64,000 bases of DNA from an uncultured virus (IMG/VR IMGVR_UViG_3300021197_001844). Lineage: Duplodnaviria > Heunggongvirae > Uroviricota > Caudoviricetes. Each line of letters starts with the position of its first letter. Position 1 is the stretch's first letter. The position numbers and the translations under genes were made by a program. The stretch lies in IMG/VR virus record IMGVR_UViG_3300021197_001844. The stretch is one strand, 5' to 3'. Of this stretch, positions 19,252 through 26,774 are shown in pieces. Below the pieces are notes generated by a model. That model was given only the letters and a program-made list of their open reading frames with translations. It made no database searches and was not told the DNA's origin.

Positions 19252-20610
19252 CTATTTTCCCCTTGATTCTGCATATTTGTTCCTTAAGTATGAAAGATTT
19301 TCTTTCGATGACATCTGTGGTTTGTCATCATCTTGTTCTGTTCTGTCTAGTACCTTTATTGACACATTCGAAGTATCCATAAATAGCGGGAATACCAACC
19401 CATCTGGTCCATTTCTGTTCTTAGCGATGAAGAATCTTCCTGTATTAGCTTGCTTGTCCTGTGCTGTTCTTGATAGCGAAAATATAAAGTCCGCAACAAA
19501 GCACTTGTTGAAAGCTTCAGATATAGACTCCATTGTAATAACCTCTGCGCTTAGACCACCTCTATTAGTTTGCGAACATGTCCAGACTGGACACTGATAA
19601 TGCTGAGCAATTGATCGCAACTCCTCGTAGATAGATTCTAAATCATGTCTTTTTTCACCATAACTCTTGATTGGTTTCAATAGATCTGCGTAATCGACAA
19701 TGACCATATCCGGTTGGATGCCACGCTTCTTTAAGCGCTCCAAATGACTTTTTAGTGTCTGAGCACTTGCGGATTTCGTTGGATACTCTTTTATAATTAG
19801 GCTTCCCTTAATGTCTTTCACTTGTTCGACAATATTAAATTTGTTTCTTAAATGGTCTCCAAGTTTAACTCCCGTGAGGCAGCAATCAAAACGTTGGCCA
19901 ACAACCGTATCTGCTAACTCTAGCGTATAGTACACAACTGTTTTGCCTTCTCTAAGTGCTGTGGCTCCCAAATGGACCATGAGCATTGACTTACCGGCCC
20001 CAGTTGGAGCAATTGCAACGCCAAGCTCTGATTTGCCTAAACCTCCACCGCAAATTTCATCGAAGCGGCCCCAACCAGTTGTGATCGGATCTCTAGATTT
20101 GAGGCGAAACCTTTCATCAATATCCATATGCCAGTCATGGCCAAAGTCAACGTTAGTACCAAGCTTCATGGCATTTTCAATAACTGCTTGTATTTCTTCA
20201 AATGACGAACTCTTAAGCAGTTTGACTGACTCAATCATAGCCTTTTTAAGTACCTGCTTTCTACAGAAGTCAATTGCGTTATCCTTGATGAATTCTGCAC
20301 CCGATACTTCGTCTTGTTGAATAACTTTAGAATAAAATTGTCTTAGTTGTTTTTGGCAGGCTTCTGTGTAAGCGCCAAGACCAGAGGTAATATTGGAAGC
20401 CATTATCTCGTATGATGGGTGTTGCCTATATTTTGTCCTATAATCTAGCAGCATCTGTACAAATACCTTGAGGTGTTCGTATTGTAAAAATTCTACGTTT
20501 AATACCTCCGAAATTTGATCGCAGAACGTTCTGTCCTGTATCATCAAATGGCACAAGTTTTCTTGAAATGATTTACCAAACTTTTGAAAAGTTTCTTGTT
20601 TAAGTTCCAT
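19252..20610 (-). CDS. Replicative DnaB-like helicase (T4 gp41-like)
   Basis: APTGAGKS Walker A, TLE, IKEYPT, VDYADL, SQTNR, KNRNG. Confidence 0.93.
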   Translation of the reverse strand: MELKQETFQKFGKSFQENLCHLMIQDRTFCDQISEVLNVEFLQYEHLKVFVQMLLDYRTKYRQHPSYEIMASNITSGLGAYTEACQKQLRQFYSKVIQQDEVSGAEFIKDNAIDFCRKQVLKKAMIESVKLLKSSSFEEIQAVIENAMKLGTNVDFGHDWHMDIDERFRLKSRDPITTGWGRFDEICGGGLGKSELGVAIAPTGAGKSMLMVHLGATALREGKTVVYYTLELADTVVGQRFDCCLTGVKLGDHLRNKFNIVEQVKDIKGSLIIKEYPTKSASAQTLKSHLERLKKRGIQPDMVIVDYADLLKPIKSYGEKRHDLESIYEELRSIAQHYQCPVWTCSQTNRGGLSAEVITMESISEAFNKCFVADFIFSLSRTAQDKQANTGRFFIAKNRNGPDGLVFPLFMDTSNVSIKVLDRTEQDDDKPQMSSKENLSYLRNKYAESRGK

Positions 20611-20631
20611 ATTACCCTCCGAGTGTAATAA

Positions 20632-21669
20632 CTATATGATATTTTTTCTAAACACCGACCATAGGTCAGTAAGCTTCAGTGAACCTTGACCATCTTCCAT
20701 TAGCATTTGTGACACTTTATTCAAAGAATACAATGGGTTAAAGTCGTTGATTGTGTTATTAATTTTTTGCCTTCCAGTGAATGAAATGCTTGGTTCATAC
20801 AACTGCATGATCTCATAATTGCTAATAACACGTTCTTTGAATTCTAGCAACTTTTTATGTACGCTTTTTTTATCTGTGGTCATAAAGCAGTGGGTGAAAA
20901 TCTCGTCACATGAGTATTGTTTGTCGGTTTCCAGAAAGGGAAAATATTTTGCGACTGTTTTCATGCCAATTCTTGGAACGCCAATAAGATTATCAGACTT
21001 GTCTCCTTCGATAGCACGAACAAGAGCAAAGTTATTTGGGTGGATTCCAAACTTCATTTCAATTTGCTTCCCGTTGATTAAAGCTTTTTGAATTGGTCTC
21101 CATATAAAAGTATTTGATTCGCCACACAATTGATAAAAGTCTTTATCTGATGATACGATAATCTTTGTCCAATCCTTATACTTCTTGTGCTTATAAGCAT
21201 AGGCGATTACGTCATCTGCTTCAACATAATCATGCATCAACTGAATCACGGGCATCTCATTCAAATATTCGTGAACCCGGAGTTGCTGGTCTCTACGATT
21301 CTTATAAGTATCTGCTTCAGATAGTTCGATCATCCTACGGTTAAAACGCACAGGGCGTCTTCCCTGTTTATAAGCCTTATTCATTTGCCTTTTCTTCTCA
21401 GAGCCTCCATGTCCATCCCAAACTATAATAACCTCATGTGGGCGGAAATCACGACATAATTTCTGTAGTGATTTAATAAAGCCTACTGTGCCTCCGTTGG
21501 GCATACCTTTTGGGTTCATGCTTGGGATAACTGTGTATGATCTTAAAAACATATTTAATGCATCNNNNNNNNNNNNNNNNNNNNNNNNNNNNNNNNNNNN
21601 NNNNNNNNNNNNNNNNNNNNNNNNNNNNNNNNNNNNNNNNNNNNNNNNNNNNNNNNNNNNNNNNCTCAT
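20632..21669 (-). CDS. 5'-3' exonuclease / flap endonuclease (PolI N-terminal / T4 RNase H-like); N-terminus crosses an assembly gap
   Basis: DALN, VWDG, YKQGR, EADD, SSDKD, GDKSDN..GVPRIG.KT. Confidence 0.9.
   Translation of the reverse strand: MXXXXXXXXXXXXXXXXXXXXXXXXXXXXXXXXXXDALNMFLRSYTVIPSMNPKGMPNGGTVGFIKSLQKLCRDFRPHEVIIVWDGHGGSEKKRQMNKAYKQGRRPVRFNRRMIELSEADTYKNRRDQQLRVHEYLNEMPVIQLMHDYVEADDVIAYAYKHKKYKDWTKIIVSSDKDFYQLCGESNTFIWRPIQKALINGKQIEMKFGIHPNNFALVRAIEGDKSDNLIGVPRIGMKTVAKYFPFLETDKQYSCDEIFTHCFMTTDKKSVHKKLLEFKERVISNYEIMQLYEPSISFTGRQKINNTINDFNPLYSLNKVSQMLMEDGQGSLKLTDLWSVFRKNII
21565..21663. other. Assembly gap (N run)
   Basis: Run of N. Confidence 1.
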
Positions 21670-21689
21670 TTTACCTCCGATGTTTATAT

Positions 21690-21718
21690 AATATAACCTA
21701 TTAAGCTAAAGTTGTCAA
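21690..21718 (-). promoter_or_regulatory. Sigma70-like early promoter with T-tract upstream
   Basis: TTGACA-17nt(ending AGGT)-TATATT. Confidence 0.8.
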
Positions 21719-21719
21719 G

Positions 21720-21754
21720 AAAAAAAAATGCCCCCGATTAAAAAACCGGAGGCA
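21720..21754 (-). terminator. Terminator after recA
   Basis: Imperfect TGCCTCCG/CGGGGGCA stem then T-run on the minus strand. Confidence 0.6.
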
Positions 21755-21779
21755 CCAAAGGACAAAACATGAAATGAGT

Positions 21780-22859
21780 TTAAGTCTTATATTTTTCAAC
21801 CATAACTTCATTTAACAGATCAACAACCGCATTTCTAAACTTCTCGTTTTTTAGCTTATCTTTCCACTGTTTTGACTGAAATTTAAAGGGTTTACCTTCT
21901 TTTGGTACAAGAGTATACCAAGCACCAGCAACGCTAAATTTGGGGGTTTTTGAGCGCTTAAGTATCTCCAGCCAAGACTCTTCGTCTTGGATGCCAATCT
22001 CAGTACCCCACATAATTTTAAATTCGCAGTCACGACCTTCAGAGCCAAAGCGAGACTTTTTAATATATGATCTTACATGCGAACCAATACGAACACCATC
22101 TGAGTCGATAGCAAAAGAAGCTTTTGCTTTTCGTTTAGTAAGCCAAATGCGAAGCGAACTAAAATACTCAATAGCCTTACCACCCGGTGCTATATACGGC
22201 TCAACCAGAGCCATCATAGGGTTTGATGATATGTTGGTTTTCAATTGGTTAATAAGAATAAGCGTTGATTCCGTATTGGCAAGAGGTATAGTCAATTTTG
22301 GGAATGCCTTTGAAAAGATACGAGGCTTAACAGCCATAGACGATTGGGGGTTAAAGTCGCCTTCTAGGTCTTTTTCGGAGGGGGTGGCTGCTACAGAGTC
22401 CCATATAAACAAGACACGGGCATCCCCATATTCATTCATGACGTATTCCATCGTGTTCAATACGTTTTCAACGCTTACAGCTTGCTGGTAGAGAAGTTGG
22501 TCTTTAACACAACCTGCCTTCTCCAAAAACTCAGGGTCAATAGCTGACTCTGCGTCGAAGTAAACAACAAACATGCCTTTTTTCTGGGCATTTGCTGCTA
22601 TTTGTGCTGCCATGAAAGATTTACCTGAGCCAGACAAGCCAGCTAACTCTGTAATCTTACCGACAGGGATTCCTGCTTCCTTACCGGGTTTGATAATTAA
22701 GTCTAACCATTTAGACCCGGTCGGAATCCAATCCTTTACGGACACCGGGTCTGTTTTTGAAAGATCGTGGGCTACTTCAATGCCCATCTTTTTATTGATC
22801 TTTTTTGCTAATTCTGATACATTTATTTTACCAGTTTTCATTTTTAACACCTGCCCCAT
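21780..22859 (-). CDS. recA: RecA/UvsX recombinase
   Basis: IPTGS, GLSGSGKS, DAESA, WDSVAA, INQL, PGGKA, GAWY. Confidence 0.93.
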   Translation of the reverse strand: MGQVLKMKTGKINVSELAKKINKKMGIEVAHDLSKTDPVSVKDWIPTGSKWLDLIIKPGKEAGIPVGKITELAGLSGSGKSFMAAQIAANAQKKGMFVVYFDAESAIDPEFLEKAGCVKDQLLYQQAVSVENVLNTMEYVMNEYGDARVLFIWDSVAATPSEKDLEGDFNPQSSMAVKPRIFSKAFPKLTIPLANTESTLILINQLKTNISSNPMMALVEPYIAPGGKAIEYFSSLRIWLTKRKAKASFAIDSDGVRIGSHVRSYIKKSRFGSEGRDCEFKIMWGTEIGIQDEESWLEILKRSKTPKFSVAGAWYTLVPKEGKPFKFQSKQWKDKLKNEKFRNAVVDLLNEVMVEKYKT

Positions 22860-22867
22860 TTATTCTC

Positions 22868-22990
22868 CTATCCGCAATAAAAGTTTGCGCTAACATCTTC
22901 TGTGTTCTCTATACTTGCTGCTGTGTCCGCAGTGCCAGAGTCGCCGTCATCTTCGCCACAAGCAAAAAGTGTTAATAAAAATAATATCAT
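22868..22990 (-). CDS. 40-aa putative lipoprotein
   Basis: GGAGG RBS; MILFLLTLFAC lipobox-like signal then an acidic D/S/T/A tail. Confidence 0.6.
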   Translation of the reverse strand: MILFLLTLFACGEDDGDSGTADTAASIENTEDVSANFYCG

Positions 22991-23014
22991 AATACCTCCA
23001 AAAGAAAGAAAAAG

Positions 23015-23055
23015 GGTGGCCCTACTTATTAAAAGCGCCGGGCTACCAAGGCGCT
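23015..23055 (-). ncRNA. Putative H-type RNA pseudoknot or switchable terminator
   Basis: Interleaved stems AGCGCC/GGCGCU and GGUAGCCC/GGGCCACC, followed by a U-rich tract and RBS. Confidence 0.5.
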
Positions 23056-23072
23056 CATCCACAACAAACCTT

Positions 23073-23831
23073 CTAGTCTTGATTCATGAAGCTCTTTAAA
23101 GCATCATCAACCGCACCCACCTTATTATATTTTTCTGTCTCAGACGAGGCATTTTCGGAGGTAACATCGGAGGATAAGTACTCATCCAACAAAGCTTGGA
23201 CATCGGAGGTTGTCTTTTGTTGAAAGAGCGTTGCAATGTCTGGGACAGAGTTAATTAATTCATCACAATTTTCCACATCTTCACATAAGATAGATGGGCG
23301 GCGACGAGGTTTGAGGGATGTTTTGGGGAAAGACCCGGGTGTTCCCGGGATATTATAAGTCATAACGATATCAGTTCCAGTCTCTGGATGTGTGAGATCG
23401 CCGTAATCAGGGTCAAGAACATAAGATAGCAGAGTTTCATATGCTGTTTTGCCATATGCCCAGACTCTTACGCCTTTTGATTCTTCTCCACGAACAATAA
23501 TTGGAGAATAGTATCGCTTTCTTGCAAAGAGTTTCTTAGCTTCTCGTTTTGCTGTATCATCATTGTTTTCGACACCTTGACGCCATAGCTTACTTGCAAA
23601 ATCGCAGATAGGACACTCCTCACCATAATTCCGCTTAGGACAAAGAATACCGGGATTCTTACCAACGTTATAGTGAAAATGAAATTCCTTGAAAGGGTCG
23701 CCATCGGTTGTTGGTAGGATTCGAACAGTTTGATCCCCTTCAGATGGGCGCCATTTAGTATTATCTTGTTTTTTTCCGCCATTGCGGGAAGTTTCGAGCT
23801 TAGCTCTCATTGCTTCTAAATTAATAGCCAT
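23073..23831 (-). CDS. Single-stranded DNA-binding protein (T4 gp32-like)
   Basis: VRILP, FHY..CP....CPIC Zn site, DYGDLTHPETGTD, acidic C-terminus. Confidence 0.88.
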   Translation of the reverse strand: MAINLEAMRAKLETSRNGGKKQDNTKWRPSEGDQTVRILPTTDGDPFKEFHFHYNVGKNPGILCPKRNYGEECPICDFASKLWRQGVENNDDTAKREAKKLFARKRYYSPIIVRGEESKGVRVWAYGKTAYETLLSYVLDPDYGDLTHPETGTDIVMTYNIPGTPGSFPKTSLKPRRRPSILCEDVENCDELINSVPDIATLFQQKTTSDVQALLDEYLSSDVTSENASSETEKYNKVGAVDDALKSFMNQD

Positions 23832-23925
23832 AATAATTTACCTTTTGTTAAGTTTTTTGTCTATAAAGACTAAGGTCAAGGGGCTAATAGCCCCCCGCCG
23901 ATGTTGAATTGTCAATAAGTTAAAA

Positions 23926-24168
23926 CTACTTATTAAAGTTGTGAGTCACACTCCGGGTTCGTACTTCGCCTATTACACGACCTTTGTTGAAGACACGAAA
24001 GTCATTCACGTCAGTATCAAAGACAACTTGAATATCACCTTTTGACTCAGTTCGCTGCTTAGAAGAGAACAAGTGATCAGGTAGATCAGAAACCTTAATA
24101 AAGTTCATTGTTCGTTTAGAGCCGTCTGTCTTGACAAAAGTTCCGGTATATTGTGTATATGTGCTCAT
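23926..24168 (-). CDS. WYL_2/Sm-like SH3 beta-barrel protein, paralog 2
   Basis: F.K.DGS.R.M...V.D....FR.FN; GGAGG RBS. Confidence 0.7.
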   Translation of the reverse strand: MSTYTQYTGTFVKTDGSKRTMNFIKVSDLPDHLFSSKQRTESKGDIQVVFDTDVNDFRVFNKGRVIGEVRTRSVTHNFNK

Positions 24169-24202
24169 TTTACCTCCAGTAAAAAAATAATTAGAATAGT
24201 TT

Positions 24203-24290
24203 TGAGACTTGTGATTGTTCTTAAGAAGAATGTGGTATGTGGTTTTAAGGATGATACCAACAATGTCTTAACTCATCACCACTTGTCTCA
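24203..24290 (-). ncRNA. 88-nt rod-like hairpin leader or small RNA starting at a predicted TSS
   Basis: Nested stems UGAGAC/GUCUCA, GUGGU/AUCAC, UUAAGA/UCUUAA, UGGUAU/AUACCA. Confidence 0.5.
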
Positions 24291-24293
24291 TAT

Positions 24294-24417
24294 AATATAA
24301 CATGTATTGCTATATTTGTCAAGAAAAAAGTTTATTTTTTTTCTCAGTGATTGTTATTTTTTTCAAAGCTTTTCTTGCTTACTTATATAATATAACCTGT
24401 TTGTTATTGGTTGTCAA
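24294..24417 (-). promoter_or_regulatory. Two tandem sigma70-like promoters (24294-24322, 24389-24417)
   Basis: Both TTGACA-17nt-TATATT. Confidence 0.8.
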
Positions 24418-24658
24418 ATTGTTTTTTAATATATTTTGTTGTTATGGTACCTTGTAGGGTTCCATGGTTAAAAGTACGAATTGCATTAGCATTCACATCA
24501 TATACAATTTCTGATTTGCCGTCTGAACTAATATGGTTTTTACGTGTCTGCTCTGACACCATTGTTCTTGGTAAGTCCATGACTTTGATGTAATTCATTA
24601 AACGAGATGAGCCGTCTTGTTTGCGAAAAGTTCCAGTGTATTGTGTATATGTACTCAT
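24404..24658 (-). CDS. WYL_2/Sm-like SH3 beta-barrel protein, paralog 1
   Basis: Same MSTYTQYTGTF start as 23926-24168; GGAGG RBS. Confidence 0.7.
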   Translation of the reverse strand: MSTYTQYTGTFRKQDGSSRLMNYIKVMDLPRTMVSEQTRKNHISSDGKSEIVYDVNANAIRTFNHGTLQGTITTKYIKKQFDNQ

Positions 24659-24715
24659 TGTACCTCCGGTTATATTGAAAAGAGAGAAGTTGATGTTAGT
24701 TTGTCTCTCATATAT

Positions 24716-24744
24716 ATTATATCATATTTTGTTATGTTTGTCAA
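24716..24744 (-). promoter_or_regulatory. Consensus sigma70 promoter
   Basis: TTGACA-17nt-TATAAT with extended TG. Confidence 0.85.
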
Positions 24745-24771
24745 GAAAAAAGTTTATTTTTTTTTAGAAGG

Positions 24772-25593
24772 CTACCTCCATGGTTGAATGTGATGAGTGT
24801 ACTTTATTGAATAAAAAAAAGATTGTTTATGCTCAGATGAGTATATTGCAAATGAAGATGTAATATTATTACTCTCATCTTGCTTTATTCTTTTCTTTAT
24901 TGTGTCGAGTAACTTCTTGTCACTCTCAAGCTTTTGTTTGCTTATACTATAAATATAACCTGTCTCTGTGGTGTTGTCAAGTAAAAACATCATTTTTTCT
25001 TCATTTTTATCAAAATTGCCGATAGAAAGTGAATTAATTCGTGAAATTTCTTTTTGCTGATGTTTTCCACCTAAAATTGGTGTTTGTTTATGGAACCAAA
25101 GAACAGACTCCACTGTATTTGCTATTTGTTTGTTTATTACCTCGTACATCATAGTTATTGACTGATTGCCGACAATGTCAAGAATATCTTTATTTGAGAA
25201 TATTGACATGCTAAGTATAAGACCAGATCTTGCATATTCCTGTAATACGTTGAATACAATCTTATGTCGCTTGGATACTTGTGGCGATGCCCATTCTAAG
25301 TCTGGTGTAATATAGCCAATATTAATTTTCTTATCTTTTATGGACTCCAGTATTCTTAGGGTCGCTGATGAGCATAAACTACCACCACAGAGAAATAACC
25401 AACATTCATCAAATTCCTGTTTCTGGAATTTAGAATTTTTGCCTCGAAAAAAATTGGGGCATTTCGCCTCAAACGATTCTTCAGTTTGGCATGCTTTTGG
25501 AAAATCCTCCTGTCTGATATATATTTTTCTATACCCATCAGAGAAATGACTTATAACGCCACATCCAGCAGTTCCTATTCCTATGACAACCAT
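24772..25593 (-). CDS. Divergent tubulin/FtsZ-superfamily (PhuZ-like) protein
   Basis: VIGIGTAGCGV T1-like loop; CGGSLCSSA at the GGGTGSG position; FSN..I, YEVINKQIA. Confidence 0.65.
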   Translation of the reverse strand: MVVIGIGTAGCGVISHFSDGYRKIYIRQEDFPKACQTEESFEAKCPNFFRGKNSKFQKQEFDECWLFLCGGSLCSSATLRILESIKDKKINIGYITPDLEWASPQVSKRHKIVFNVLQEYARSGLILSMSIFSNKDILDIVGNQSITMMYEVINKQIANTVESVLWFHKQTPILGGKHQQKEISRINSLSIGNFDKNEEKMMFLLDNTTETGYIYSISKQKLESDKKLLDTIKKRIKQDESNNITSSFAIYSSEHKQSFFYSIKYTHHIQPWR

Positions 25594-26774
25594 GATACTT
25601 CCTCCAAGTCTCTGTAATTCCTACCGGCAGTAGCAGATGATTTAAACCAGCCCAACTCTGTGTCCTCAAATATCTCTTGTATCTGTGGTAGCATGTGCCT
25701 GTCTTTAAAAGATAAATCAATTGTAATTGAATCGTGAACAACCGAGTGTACAAACGAAGACTTATTACTCAAGAACTTATATATTTTTATTGCCTGTCTC
25801 ATACAGTTGTCCGATGAACTACTCTGTAGGAGATAGTTCAGAGCATGGAATTCGTCTGCCTCTATCTTGCGACCAAATGGCGTTGAAACAAAACCATCTT
25901 TATAATATTTTTCTAATAGTTGTCTCCGGTCATAGTGATCTGAATTGATTGCGTCAGAGTTGGGATTATAAAACCATGCCAAAAACTTTTTCTTAGCAAC
26001 GTCACGTTCAGTTACATTTGTCAGGACGTTTTCCATATTCCATAAATGAATATCACCATCAGGGTGTGTCCCGGTTGATAATGAGATAAAGGTTCTAATC
26101 TCAGCACCATTTAAGTCGAACTGAACAAAAATATCGTTCTTCGGGACAACGCAATCTGCAATTTCTTTCTTCAGGTTCATAATAGGGAAGGAGCCTTTTG
26201 CAGTTGTCAAGCGGCCTGTTTTGGAACCCCATATATCGTACTGTATTGGTCTATTTTTGCCGTTTAGTGAACTAAGGAGCACCCTTGCCTTGTTATCCCA
26301 TTTGGATGCTTTTTTGAGTACTTCATGGTCCACTATGACATTATTTTGTTTGATGCCATGAGCCATCTGTCTCAAGTCAACCATAAAGCCATGGTTCTGG
26401 GGTTTATGATAGTTGTCAAATATATACTGACATATTTCATTTTTAATTTCGCAATAGTGCATCAAGTGTTGCTCGGGTATGATGTCAAACAAACAATGCT
26501 CTTTCATATTTAACTTAGAAATAAGAGCAGTTTTAACGAATGCCTTTATTTTTGCTTCTCTCTTTTCGAGTCTGCGTCGGAGAGACTCTGGAGCCGCATC
26601 ATGTAAGGTCTGACCAGAAGAATAGATGCTAGCATAATCAACATTGCGATGAGCAAGCCTGTGGTCCCAGTTCCATGTTCCCCGAATATTGTCTGGGATT
26701 CTGTCGTATGTGAAGTTCCCGTCTCCGTATATTCCGAAGCATTCATCTTTATCATCCAAAATTTGAAATATCAT
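25581..26774 (-). CDS. Minimal family A DNA polymerase-like protein (no recognisable exonuclease domain)
   Basis: KTGRLT, DLNGAEIR (motif A), RDVAKKKFLAWFY (B), TPFGR, LNYLLQS, VHDS (C). Confidence 0.8.
   Translation of the reverse strand: MIFQILDDKDECFGIYGDGNFTYDRIPDNIRGTWNWDHRLAHRNVDYASIYSSGQTLHDAAPESLRRRLEKREAKIKAFVKTALISKLNMKEHCLFDIIPEQHLMHYCEIKNEICQYIFDNYHKPQNHGFMVDLRQMAHGIKQNNVIVDHEVLKKASKWDNKARVLLSSLNGKNRPIQYDIWGSKTGRLTTAKGSFPIMNLKKEIADCVVPKNDIFVQFDLNGAEIRTFISLSTGTHPDGDIHLWNMENVLTNVTERDVAKKKFLAWFYNPNSDAINSDHYDRRQLLEKYYKDGFVSTPFGRKIEADEFHALNYLLQSSSSDNCMRQAIKIYKFLSNKSSFVHSVVHDSITIDLSFKDRHMLPQIQEIFEDTELGWFKSSATAGRNYRDLEEVSWLS

Larger units (their letters stand above)
24315..24764. repeat. 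28-bp identical direct repeat (24315-24342, 24737-24764) covering the -35 and UP element
   Basis: tttgtcaagaaaaaagtttatttttttt. Confidence 0.9.

Noticed and set aside
21565..21663. Apparent insertion at the exonuclease N-terminus
   Set aside because: It is a scaffold gap of Ns; true length and content are unknown
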